This document shows, in pieces, positions 1 to 7,134 of a stretch of 64,000 bases of DNA. The stretch covers positions 19,415 to 83,414 of the IMG/VR virus record IMGVR_UViG_2913177423_000001. One strand, given 5' to 3'. The DNA comes from a virus (lineage: Duplodnaviria; Heunggongvirae; Uroviricota; Caudoviricetes). The translations under genes were made by a program, and so were the position numbers. Below the pieces are notes generated by a model. It searched no databases. It had not been told where the DNA came from and saw nothing but the letters and a program-made list of their open reading frames with translations. Each line of letters begins with the position of its first letter. Positions within the stretch are counted from its first letter, which is position 1.

Positions 1-1
1 A

Positions 2-424
2 ATCGATACCGTTAAACCGACAGAATCTTACCTTGAAGAAATTTTGCCGCAGGCGCTCAATGGCAGGAGTGAAGACGAGTTCCTGACAGTATATCTTGCT
101 GGGATGGTTGAAAGGCTAAAGAAAGATCCACAGCTTTATCACCTTTATGGTCCGTGGTGGCCTGCGCTTAAAACGATATTGCTGGAGCGCGGCGACACAT
201 CATTTGGACAGGTTGTAGATAGCGATGTGGCAGAGATCTACAGAATGAGTCGCCCGGCGCTTACGGTTTTAGCCGGGCATCTGTATTCGAGCGAGCGCCT
301 GGAAAATGACGCGGTATACAATCCAGTTCATGCTCTGGAAGTTGCACCTTATGCTGATGATACAGAGCCATACGTATACACTAGTTACGACGAGTCTATA
401 GAGAAATATCGAATTATGGGGTAG
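2..424 (+). CDS. hypothetical protein, 5' end probably outside window
   Basis: Frame is open from nt 2 with no stop before the TTG at 44 used by the ORF track; no motif recognised. Confidence 0.5.
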   Translation: MDTVKPTESYLEEILPQALNGRSEDEFLTVYLAGMVERLKKDPQLYHLYGPWWPALKTILLERGDTSFGQVVDSDVAEIYRMSRPALTVLAGHLYSSERLENDAVYNPVHALEVAPYADDTEPYVYTSYDESIEKYRIMG

Positions 425-426
425 TC

Positions 427-687
427 ATGCGAAAGAACCGTCGGTTTACGCTCGAAGACCTAAAGGAATATTCCATATCGAAGGGGTATGTCCTTGAGTT
501 CCACCGTTACAAGAAGGTTTTTACGCTGCGAAAAGCAGAAAAACCAGCGAGCTGGAGCTGGGTATACTTCCCTCATACAGAAGACAAACTGGTAGAGCTT
601 GTTGACGATTTGACCTATGAAGGTTGGCTAATCGCAATCGACAAGACAATCACAGAAATATCCGAACCGGATAAAATAAATCTTTAA
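427..687 (+). CDS. hypothetical protein (86 aa)
   Basis: ATG ORF starting 3 nt after the upstream stop; no motif recognised. Confidence 0.5.
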   Translation: MRKNRRFTLEDLKEYSISKGYVLEFHRYKKVFTLRKAEKPASWSWVYFPHTEDKLVELVDDLTYEGWLIAIDKTITEISEPDKINL

Positions 688-826
688 AAATAACAGGTTG
701 GGTAAATGCCATGCGATTTACCCGCCTTGTTGATTAAGGTCACTCTTTACTCTAAAAGCAAATCCGACCTGTTGCATATAGCCCAGCCTTGAGTAGTATC
801 TCTCTTGTTTTACAAATCTAACGTAG

Positions 827-1318
827 TTGTTATTATTTCGCTTATTTACTATCAATGGGTGTGTTAGAAAAATAGCGCGAAAAAGAAGGCGTCGCAGTGA
901 ATATTCTGAAACATCCCCACATGCCGCAGCTCTCAGAGAACTGGAGAAAAACCCAGATCTAATCAAAAGGAACCATGAGCATTACGAGCAGGTTCGCGTC
1001 CTGGACTGGTTGTATCGCAATATGCGCTATGTGTATGAGCATACTCACGCCACTCCAAACGGCGGTCTGCGAGGCATAAGGACGGCAATAAAGATGGTGG
1101 CAGAAGGCCAAAAGAAGGGATATCCCGATCTTTCTATAGACCTTGCTTGCGGGGGATACCACGGAATGCGCATTGAGATGAAACATGGGAGAAATCGCCT
1201 GACTCCCGAACAACTCGTCTGGATGACTCGCCTCACTGAAGCAGGTTACTACTGCTTTGAGGCGCGCAGTGCCGCTGAAGCCATAAAAGCTATCACGGAA
1301 TATGTTTGTCTTGATTAA
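827..1318 (+). CDS. VRR-NUC (PD-(D/E)XK) nuclease domain protein; start uncertain
   Basis: Residues HEHYEQVRVLDWL...PNGG...GYPDLSI...RIEMK...LTPEQLVW fit the VRR-NUC pattern. The only in-frame start upstream of the domain is a TTG at 827 without an SD; an operator-like 17-mer lies inside at 861. Confidence 0.6.
   Translation: MLLFRLFTINGCVRKIARKRRRRSEYSETSPHAAALRELEKNPDLIKRNHEHYEQVRVLDWLYRNMRYVYEHTHATPNGGLRGIRTAIKMVAEGQKKGYPDLSIDLACGGYHGMRIEMKHGRNRLTPEQLVWMTRLTEAGYYCFEARSAAEAIKAITEYVCLD
861..877 (+). promoter_or_regulatory. operator-like 17-mer GTGTTAGAAAAATAGCG
   Basis: Member of the GTGTTAGAAAATTAATT word family repeated about 16 times in the window. Confidence 0.45.
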
Positions 1319-1332
1319 ACGGAGAAATCGTT

Positions 1333-1533
1333 TTGCGTTTACTTAACGTGGCTGAACTTATCCCTGCTGGTGCTAACGTTGTTGCTCGCCGTCGGTCCTG
1401 GCAGCAACCATTGTGTGTTGAGTTGTCGAAACACAGCAATGGAACAATAGAGGCTCGCAATATTGTTACTGGTGATAAGGTTCACATTACCCCGGAAAGT
1501 ACAGGCGCTGATGATTGGGAGTTTGTACATTGA
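1333..1533 (+). CDS. minimal DUF2829 (Tad2-like) domain protein, 66 aa
   Basis: TTG start 8 nt after GGAG. The pattern ...VARRRSW...TGDK...ADDWEFV matches the DUF2829 signature (G..vaRr.W ... D.lA.DWe.v). Confidence 0.55.
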   Translation: MRLLNVAELIPAGANVVARRRSWQQPLCVELSKHSNGTIEARNIVTGDKVHITPESTGADDWEFVH

Positions 1534-1829
1534 GCAAAAAACATTATGTGAACCTGACGTTTGCTGATGACGCCGGGAGAACGCGGAGCATAACGCTCAA
1601 CACTGCCCGCAAGGTGGTAACCGCGCCGTTAATCCGTGAAGCCCTCAGGGAGCTGGATATGGGTGAGAACTCGGCCCTGTTGTCGGTTAGCTGGCTAGGG
1701 AAAATGTCAGAGAAAGAATACGTAGACGGACTTACTCCAATAACAGCTATGAGACTGCTTTCATTGTTGCAATGGGCTATCGTGCCTTTATGCATCGTGT
1801 ATTTTATCTACCAGGCAATGACACAATAA
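1530..1829 (+). CDS. hypothetical protein with C-terminal transmembrane anchor
   Basis: TTG at 1530 is preceded by GGGAG (8-nt spacing) and overlaps the upstream stop (TTGA). Hydrophobic C-terminus LLSLLQWAIVPLCIVYFIY. The track start at 1515 lacks an SD. Confidence 0.5.
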   Translation: MSKKHYVNLTFADDAGRTRSITLNTARKVVTAPLIREALRELDMGENSALLSVSWLGKMSEKEYVDGLTPITAMRLLSLLQWAIVPLCIVYFIYQAMTQ

Positions 1830-1835
1830 CCGCTC

Positions 1836-1865
1836 AAAAACCCGCCGACTAGCGGGTTTTTTGTT
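1836..1865 (+). terminator. intrinsic terminator
   Basis: AAACCCGC-cgacta-GCGGGTTTTTTG stem-loop plus T-run just after the stop at 1829. Confidence 0.8.
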
Positions 1866-1903
1866 TATCACATCTTTCGCTCTTGTTCTCATGCTAATAA
1901 AAT

Positions 1904-1920
1904 GTGTTAGAAAACTAATT
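1904..1920 (+). promoter_or_regulatory. operator-like 17-mer GTGTTAGAAAACTAATT
   Basis: Word-family member, 12 nt upstream of the 406-aa ORF. Confidence 0.55.
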
Positions 1921-1931
1921 TTGCAAAAGTA

Positions 1932-3152
1932 ATGGGAACTGCAATGAGTCAACAAACTGATACTTCTAATCTGGAAATCATCTCAGCCGCGATTGAAACG
2001 CTGCGGACACAGATCGCCCTTATTCAAAAGCGGAATCCGGGGGATGACCTGTCTAGGCGACTACATGAGAGCGTCATTGCCACTACTGATAACCTGGTCG
2101 CGGAGATCAACCAGCTACTTGAGGAAGGGACGGTTGATTACAACAAGCTGGTGGATCAGTTTGAGGAATATCAGCAAGCTGTTAATGATGGCCTGATTCG
2201 TTTTTCACAAGTCACAGGCGTATCAGCGACAGTTGAAAGCCTGGGCGATGCAGTTAATCAATTTGCCGCTAATATGCGTAGTGAGATCGGCAATCTGGAA
2301 GCGCGTCTTGAACAGGCAAATACACTGCGCAAATCTGCTGAAGCCGATTTGAGCCGTTACAAAAAAGACTATCCGCCCAGCCTGTCAAAACGTCTGGATG
2401 TTGCGGAGAAGGATAACCGCGCACTGAAAAGAGAGCGCCGGGAGCTGAAAGAGCGTTTAACAGAGCTGAATCAGCAATGTATTAAGTATCAAGGTGAAGG
2501 CGTCACTCTGCGTAAGAAGTTAGCAGCTGCGCAGAACATTATTGAAACTCTGAAACGAGAGTGCTCACAGCTTGGGCATGATCTGAATCGCGCTTGTGGC
2601 ATGGGGCAAAGACCAGAGACATTTCCGCTTATGTATGATGGGAGGGAAGCTATTGCCTATATCCATGAGTTTCCGCATGGCCTGGTCGCGGAGACTGGGC
2701 AGCGAGGAGAAGCATTACTGACGGCTAATTACCATCAGCAAATCAGAACTAGCCGCCTGCTGACTATGGATGTGATCCCATCTGTATGGGGAACGCCGCT
2801 TTACTATCGCCTCCCCGGCTTCGAAAAGGACTGGAACAACGACATAGACGAATGTCTGGCAGATAAAATAATGGCGTACCTGGAGACTGATTTCCCACGC
2901 CTGCATCGCCGGATTATGGACTCTAAGGACGCGCCGATCGATGAATTGAAAATGCGCCCAGAGACGCTGGAGGCAATCAAGCAGACGGAGTTTGACACTG
3001 TATTCAGTGTGGCCTGCATTCCAAGCTGTTTCCATGAAAGTATCCCGTTCATGCAAGGCGATCGTCGTCAGGAAATCATTGATGCTTGTCGCGTATGGGC
3101 GAACGAATGGGACAAGAAGAATGGGGGAGTAGAAGATCTTTACGGGAAATAA
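1932..3152 (+). CDS. coiled-coil protein, 406 aa, unknown function
   Basis: Long ORF; the N-terminal half is heptad-like and charged (LEARLEQANTLRKSAEADL...KRERRELKERLTELNQQ). Bracketed by operator-like sites at 1904 and 3154. Confidence 0.75.
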   Translation: MGTAMSQQTDTSNLEIISAAIETLRTQIALIQKRNPGDDLSRRLHESVIATTDNLVAEINQLLEEGTVDYNKLVDQFEEYQQAVNDGLIRFSQVTGVSATVESLGDAVNQFAANMRSEIGNLEARLEQANTLRKSAEADLSRYKKDYPPSLSKRLDVAEKDNRALKRERRELKERLTELNQQCIKYQGEGVTLRKKLAAAQNIIETLKRECSQLGHDLNRACGMGQRPETFPLMYDGREAIAYIHEFPHGLVAETGQRGEALLTANYHQQIRTSRLLTMDVIPSVWGTPLYYRLPGFEKDWNNDIDECLADKIMAYLETDFPRLHRRIMDSKDAPIDELKMRPETLEAIKQTEFDTVFSVACIPSCFHESIPFMQGDRRQEIIDACRVWANEWDKKNGGVEDLYGK

Positions 3153-3153
3153 T

Positions 3154-3170
3154 GTGTTAGAAATTTAATT
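3154..3170 (+). promoter_or_regulatory. operator-like 17-mer GTGTTAGAAATTTAATT
   Basis: Starts 2 nt after the stop at 3152; nearly identical to the site at 13374 (minus). Confidence 0.55.
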
Positions 3171-3309
3171 TCAACATACGAACATGTTGATTGTAGGTGT
3201 AACATAACATAGAATTTTCCTTGCTGGTGGAGCGTTGCCACATTTCGCTTGCTGGGCTTGATAGTCACTTATTGGTTGTTGTTCGCCCACCAGCAAATAA
3301 CAAATTAAA

Positions 3310-3326
3310 GTGTTAGAAAATTACAG
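3310..3326 (+). promoter_or_regulatory. operator-like 17-mer GTGTTAGAAAATTACAG
   Basis: Word-family member at the entry to the non-coding RNA island. A 10-bp stem, TTGCTGGTGG/CCACCAGCAA (3221-3297), lies between this site and the one at 3154. Confidence 0.5.
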
Positions 3327-3526
3327 GTATACAGGGACTCGCTTTGGCACCGAGCAAGCCAAAGTTCGGCAGGTTTAGTGCGTAAAGTGGTTTCAGAGAG
3401 AGCACTTTACGGAGTAAACGACAAGACATGTTGAGCCACGGAAGGTCTTTTTAAGATGTTCATTGATGATGGTCCGGAAGAGAGTAACGGGACTCACCGC
3501 ATCGAATCATCATCAATGCACATCCT

Positions 3527-3692
3527 CAACATTAAGGAGGCGCAGGGTTGGTTTTGTGCTCGCTTTTTTACTGACTCTGAGTCTCCTTAATGTTGCGGTA
3601 ATGCACCTATGCGGATGCGGCCTTGCATTGTGTCTTGAAAGAATGGGGTAAGGCCGGGGATATCCCCAGGGGGAGGCACCCCCGCCGCAACG
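3527..3692 (+). repeat. structured repeat unit, copy 1 (full)
   Basis: CAACATTAAGGAG...CTCCTTAATGTTG stem, CGGTAATGC tail, GGGGG-AGGCA-CCCCC hairpin, then GCCGCAACG. Confidence 0.5.
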
Positions 3693-3912
3693 AACAGCCA
3701 TAGACGGCAGTCGAGTGATGAAAACGTGAAAAGACTTTAAACCTCGTTACGGCTGGCGTGGCAAACGCGACAACCGGGATAGGACGGTGACGGGCGGAGA
3801 GAGTGCCGCATCAAGAAAGAAGCCGACTTGTGATTACTTTCTGCGGGCCTTTGAAAGTGAATCCAGCTCAGGCAGTCGGCTTCTTTCTTGTGTGAGATGT
3901 AGTAGCGTGTTT

Positions 3913-3936
3913 GCCCATCTTCGGGTGGGCTTTTTT
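3913..3936 (+). terminator. intrinsic terminator
   Basis: GCCCATC-ttcg-GGTGGGC followed by TTTTTT. Confidence 0.7.
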
Positions 3937-4119
3937 AGGGTTTTCGTCATTGTTAGCGACTTTGCGGCTGTTTATAAACTGACCATTAAAGTAAATGCAA
4001 ACGATGATCTGATGATGGTAGCGGCCTAATAAGCCTGACGCCACGGGGTATGAGTCGTCCCCCGTCAAAAAATCGACCACAGAGTGTCCCCGTCTGTGTA
4101 TTAGGGAACGGGGAGGCAT

Positions 4120-4196
4120 AACAGGCAAGGGCGCTGGTGTGATTAACCAGATGAATGAGAAGGGTCAGGTCTTTCTGGTCAGCGCCCTTACCTGTT
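4120..4196 (+). repeat. structured repeat unit, partial (stem module only)
   Basis: AACAGGCAAGGGCGCTG...CAGCGCCCTTACCTGTT, a 17-bp stem resembling the CAACAGGTAAG... stems of the other copies. Confidence 0.4.
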
Positions 4197-4397
4197 ACGT
4201 CCCTCCCGCGTAACAGCCATTGCTTGATGGTATAGGGGAAAGTTTGTTGGTTACGGGTATATCCCGTCATGCTGAAGGCGCTAATCACGCTGGAAGCCAG
4301 GGTTATGCATCCCCTGTTACCGAATTGCAGCCAGGGCGCGTTGCGCCGAAAAGCATACGGAGGTGGAAGCCCTCGCCGGAGACGTACCCGGCACAAT

Positions 4398-4474
4398 GGT
4401 GGTGTAGCTCAGTAGGATAGAGCAGCAGCCTTCTAAGCTGTCGGTCGGTGGTTCGAATCCACTCACCATCGCCA
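4398..4474 (+). tRNA. tRNA-Arg (anticodon UCU, reads AGA)
   Basis: Cloverleaf folded by hand: acceptor GGTGGTG/CACCATC, D arm GCTC/GAGC, anticodon loop CTTCTAA, T arm GGTGG-TTCGAAT-CCACT, encoded CCA. Confidence 0.9.
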
Positions 4475-4478
4475 AATT

Positions 4479-4554
4479 GCCGATTTAGCTCAGTTGGTAG
4501 AGCAGTCGCTTTGTAAGCGAATGGTCAGCGGTTCGATCCCGTTAATCGGCACCA
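4479..4554 (+). tRNA. tRNA-Thr (anticodon UGU, reads ACA)
   Basis: Acceptor GCCGATT/AATCGGC, anticodon loop TTTGTAA, T arm AGCGG-TTCGATC-CCGTT, encoded CCA; 4 nt after tRNA-Arg. Confidence 0.9.
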
Positions 4555-4557
4555 ACA

Positions 4558-4632
4558 CAACAGGTAAGGGCATTCTCCCTTATGGGGCTTGGCTTAAATG
4601 CATCGAGTGCTCTTACCGTTGTGATGAAGTGC
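4558..4632 (+). repeat. structured repeat unit, partial (stem plus tail)
   Basis: CAACAGGTAAGGGCA...TGCTCTTACCGTTG stem followed by TGATGAAGTGC; begins 4 nt after tRNA-Thr. Confidence 0.45.
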
Positions 4633-4813
4633 AGCTCTTTGAAGCAACCAGAAGATAAGCATCTGGCTTCACAACATAAACCGCAGGAACGACCAATAAA
4701 CGGTAGTCCGTATGGCGAACACCCCGTTGAGGAAGAGGCCTGGCCGGAACCGTAACCGGCACTACAACGTTGAGAGCATTGGCGTAACGGGGTCATATCC
4801 CAATCTATGAATA

Positions 4814-4900
4814 AATGTTGCGTTGCAGCGTGACAACCAGTGTTTTCAACATTGTGGTGAATGCACAGGCTGATGTGCCGCAACTACAGTAGTGCGCGCT
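4814..4900 (+). repeat. structured repeat unit, partial (stem, tail, CCGCAAC)
   Basis: AATGTTG...CAACATT stem, GTGGTGAATGC tail, GCACA-ggctga-TGTGC hairpin, then CCGCAACTAC. Confidence 0.4.
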
Positions 4901-4972
4901 TTGCGGGGCTTGCTACAACCCTGTGTCGGAGTTCAGCGCCGACCATCACAATTTATTTAGAAACTGTCATCC

Positions 4973-5386
4973 ATGAGCGCGAGAACAGTAATTATGCAGA
5001 AAGAGCAGTTTGTTATTTCTCTAGTGGTTAGCACCAGTTATCAGGTCGATAAAGTTTCGAAAGAAAGCGTACCTGAAATTGATGTTGTCGATGTGTTCGG
5101 CAATGAACTCAAAATACCACTTCGTGAATTTAATGAAATAGCAGCTCCGTTGGGCAAAATTGAAGGCCTGGAAGAATACCACAAGCGGATGATTATCGAG
5201 CGCGCCCAACTATGCCAGCGCATAAATAAGCTGGTTAGATTTATCGGAACAGATAACTTTCTCGCCATCGGCTTGGACAGTCAGTTGGAATTACAAAATC
5301 AGCTCGAAAGCATGATTGAGTATCGAAAAGCTCTTGATTCGCGGTTGATTAAATTAACCGAATATGACCCATCAGTAAGCGGTTAA
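4973..5386 (+). CDS. hypothetical protein, 137 aa, helical C-terminus
   Basis: ATG ORF with ordinary composition, embedded between RNA repeat units; no motif recognised. Confidence 0.55.
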   Translation: MSARTVIMQKEQFVISLVVSTSYQVDKVSKESVPEIDVVDVFGNELKIPLREFNEIAAPLGKIEGLEEYHKRMIIERAQLCQRINKLVRFIGTDNFLAIGLDSQLELQNQLESMIEYRKALDSRLIKLTEYDPSVSG

Positions 5387-5441
5387 TTATAAATTTGGGG
5401 CGGATGGTTAGTCCGCCGTTAACTCCATGAAACGGAGTACG

Positions 5442-5638
5442 CAACAGGTAAGAGCATTCTCCTGTAACGGGTTCATATCCCAATCTACAGGTCCACCAAG
5501 AATGCTCTTTCCGTTGCGGTGAATGCGGCTAAGCGCACGCGGAACAGTTAAAACAATCTTCCTTAATGTTTAAGTCAAACATCCCGGCGTTAATTGTTAA
5601 CTGGTTAACGTCACCTGGAGGCACCAGGCACCGCAATC
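5442..5638 (+). repeat. structured repeat unit, copy 3 (full)
   Basis: CAACAGGTAAGAGCATTCT...AGAATGCTCTTTCCGTTG stem, CGGTGAATGCGGCTAAGCGCAC tail, CCTGG-AGGCA-CCAGG hairpin, then CACCGCAATC. Confidence 0.5.
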
Positions 5639-5889
5639 TAATAAAGTTTCAAGCAATGGAGTTTTTGTTGTCAGACTACAGATATAGATGGTTGTGGAAG
5701 AATATCCTGTCCATATTCAAGTTTTTTCTTCCGCTATTTGTCTGCTTTGTCATGCTTCCTGAGCTGAAATACGCAATTTCAGACACCTTAAGCACTATCG
5801 TTACTTTTGTGTTTTATCTTTACTTTGATTACTTATTGAGCACTAAAATCTATGAATTATCCGATGAAATGCAAGGTGGCTGTAAGTGA
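5566..5889 (+). CDS. possible small membrane protein (AT-rich); weak call
   Basis: Hydrophobic segments (FKFFLPLFVCFVMLP, IVTFVFYLYF). The 5' third overlaps the conserved RNA hairpin, so a later start (ATG at about 5656) is more likely if the gene is real. Confidence 0.3.
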   Translation: MFKSNIPALIVNWLTSPGGTRHRNLIKFQAMEFLLSDYRYRWLWKNILSIFKFFLPLFVCFVMLPELKYAISDTLSTIVTFVFYLYFDYLLSTKIYELSDEMQGGCK

Positions 5890-6026
5890 TGAATTTTTGG
5901 GCGTTTGCCGATAAGAACCCTGGTTGGACATTTTTATTTCTGCTGGTGGTTGCATATGGGGTCGAGCAAGCGGCAAAAGCCTTACGCGGTTCTGGCAAAA
6001 AGCGTAAGCGGAATTGACAGTAATCT

Positions 6027-6102
6027 GGCCCCTTAGCTCAGTGGTTAGAGCTGGCGACTCATAATCGCACGGCCATCGGTTCAAATCCGGTAGGGGCCAC
6101 CA
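6027..6102 (+). tRNA. tRNA with CAU anticodon, Ile2 (ileX-like, AUA reader) rather than Met
   Basis: Acceptor GGCCCCT/AGGGGCC, D arm and anticodon stem-loop GGCGA-CTCATAA-TCGC match my memory of E. coli ileX/ileY; encoded CCA. Confidence 0.85.
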
Positions 6103-6290
6103 TATTTGGTTGTAACACGGCGTCTGGCACATGCGTCGTTAGCGGTCTGGTGACGTTAAAGGGATTCCCTCCCTCGCTTAGGCAAACAAATCAGGTAGCC
6201 GGAATGTGCAAGCCACCGTTTAGTTCTTTCTCGGATAAAGGGGCTCACCACCCTGGCGACGCGGTGTGACAGCCGGAAGAGCACGGCGCA

Positions 6291-6447
6291 CAACAGGAAA
6301 AGGCGTTTAATTAGCGTGAGCGCCGTTTCCGTTGTGGTAATTGCGGCTATGCGCTCGTGACGAAGCCATTTTCATTCATTGCGGTTCTGATAAGTGTCGT
6401 CGCCGGGCGTGGCTGACCTGGCAGGTGGAGGCACCACCGCCACAACT
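6291..6447 (+). repeat. structured repeat unit, copy 4 (full)
   Basis: CAACAGGAAAAGGCG...CGCCGTTTCCGTTG stem, TGGTAATTGCGGCTATGCGC tail, GGTGG-AGGCA-CCACC hairpin, then GCCACAACT. Confidence 0.5.
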
Positions 6448-6558
6448 CCTTTCAATTCATCATATAGCCGCTCAGGCTGTAACCCTTAATTAATACGAAG
6501 TTTCGACATCTCTATCGGTTTAACCGAGGGATGGTCGCGCGTGTAAAAAGGAGACGTT

Positions 6559-7134
6559 ATGTTAACGGCGAACGATAACGCGTATGCAGAAGCAGATCTC
6601 ATATTGAGTGACTTCATCGGTCAGCGGGAACGCTGGACACAAAAGCGAGAGGAACTTTATGCCTCGTTAGTTCGCAAAGGTGTCAACATTGAAACCGCTC
6701 AAAGCGGCGATATGACGGTAGTCAGTGTTGGATTACATGGTGTGAGCGTGTCCGCAGCCAATCATGAGCCATACGTAGCGTTATCCGAGTCGATGGCAAG
6801 GCTAATTAAGTTTCTGAAGCAAACAGAAGCCAATAATGTTTTCATCGCCAAAAAGAACATCAATTTTTCTGCCGCCGTGTTCTGGATGATGAAGGGGCTT
6901 GACGCCCGCCGGGCATCATGGCCTAAAGGGAGCTATATGTCGATGTTCCGTGGCAGTATTGGCAGTAAAGAAAAGCTCGTCGAATTCCTGCCGGAAGAAG
7001 CATTCGATATTGTGGAAGGGTGCGATGTGATGGTTATGCCTCGCCTGGTAATGATGAATGGAGATTTACAGGCACAGACAGACTGGTTCGCCACTGGCGT
7101 GGATATTATCGCGACTGACTGGGAGGCATTCTGA
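6559..7134 (+). CDS. two-domain protein with C-terminal DUF2829 (Tad2-like) module
   Basis: AGGAG RBS. C-terminal FSAAVFWMMKGLDARRASWPKG...TDWFATGVDIIATDWEAF fits DUF2829; the N-terminal ~100 aa is unrecognised. Confidence 0.75.
   Translation: MLTANDNAYAEADLILSDFIGQRERWTQKREELYASLVRKGVNIETAQSGDMTVVSVGLHGVSVSAANHEPYVALSESMARLIKFLKQTEANNVFIAKKNINFSAAVFWMMKGLDARRASWPKGSYMSMFRGSIGSKEKLVEFLPEEAFDIVEGCDVMVMPRLVMMNGDLQAQTDWFATGVDIIATDWEAF

Larger units (their letters stand above)
3330..3936 (+). ncRNA. candidate ~600-nt highly structured RNA ending at an intrinsic terminator
   Basis: No credible CDS. Consecutive perfect stems: 3340-3364 (7 bp), 3379-3412 (9 bp), 3461-3518 (11 bp), 3527-3595 (13 bp), 3669-3683 (5 bp, AGGCA loop), 3812-3890 (17 bp). 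Ends with the terminator at 3913-3936. Confidence 0.4.

Noticed and set aside
810-830. Possible extra operator half-site (ACGTTAGATTTGTAAAA on the minus strand) upstream of the VRR-NUC gene
   Set aside because: Only 9 of 17 positions match the word family.
3463-4420. Six-frame ORFs of 62-136 aa (3463..3651, 3513..3701, 3787..4029, 3868..4128, 3986..4396, 4220..4420)
   Set aside because: They overlap one another on both strands, lack SD sequences, and have Arg/Cys/Pro/Trp-heavy low-complexity translations. They also run straight through perfect long RNA stems and a terminator. I treat them as by-products of GC-rich structured RNA.
4619-4640. GTGATGAAG...GAAG looked superficially like a hammerhead ribozyme core (CUGAUGA...GAAA)
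   Set aside because: The C of CUGAUGA is absent, no convincing stem II or stem III can be drawn, and the other repeat copies have GGTGAATGC instead.
4542-4883. 113-aa minus-strand ORF, and the 91-aa minus-strand ORF at 5857..6132
   Set aside because: Both are antisense to tRNA genes and/or the repeated RNA modules, are Cys/Pro-rich, and have no start context.
4558-5535. Short similarities to the bacterial RNase P RNA specificity domain (CAGGTAAGGG, GCGGTAAGAGCGCAC, GGGTTCATA) and GAGGAAGAGGCC versus the P4 GAGGAAAGUCC
   Set aside because: The matches are short and scattered over repeated units, and they are not in the RNase P order. The universally conserved P4 strands (GAGGAAAGUCC ... ACAGAAnnCGGCUUA) are not present. 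Worth a covariance-model scan, but not callable.
5890-6036. 48-aa hydrophobic ORF starting at the ATG overlapping the stop of 5566..5889
   Set aside because: It runs 10 nt into the tRNA gene at 6027 and has no clear SD. Possibly real, but not supportable.
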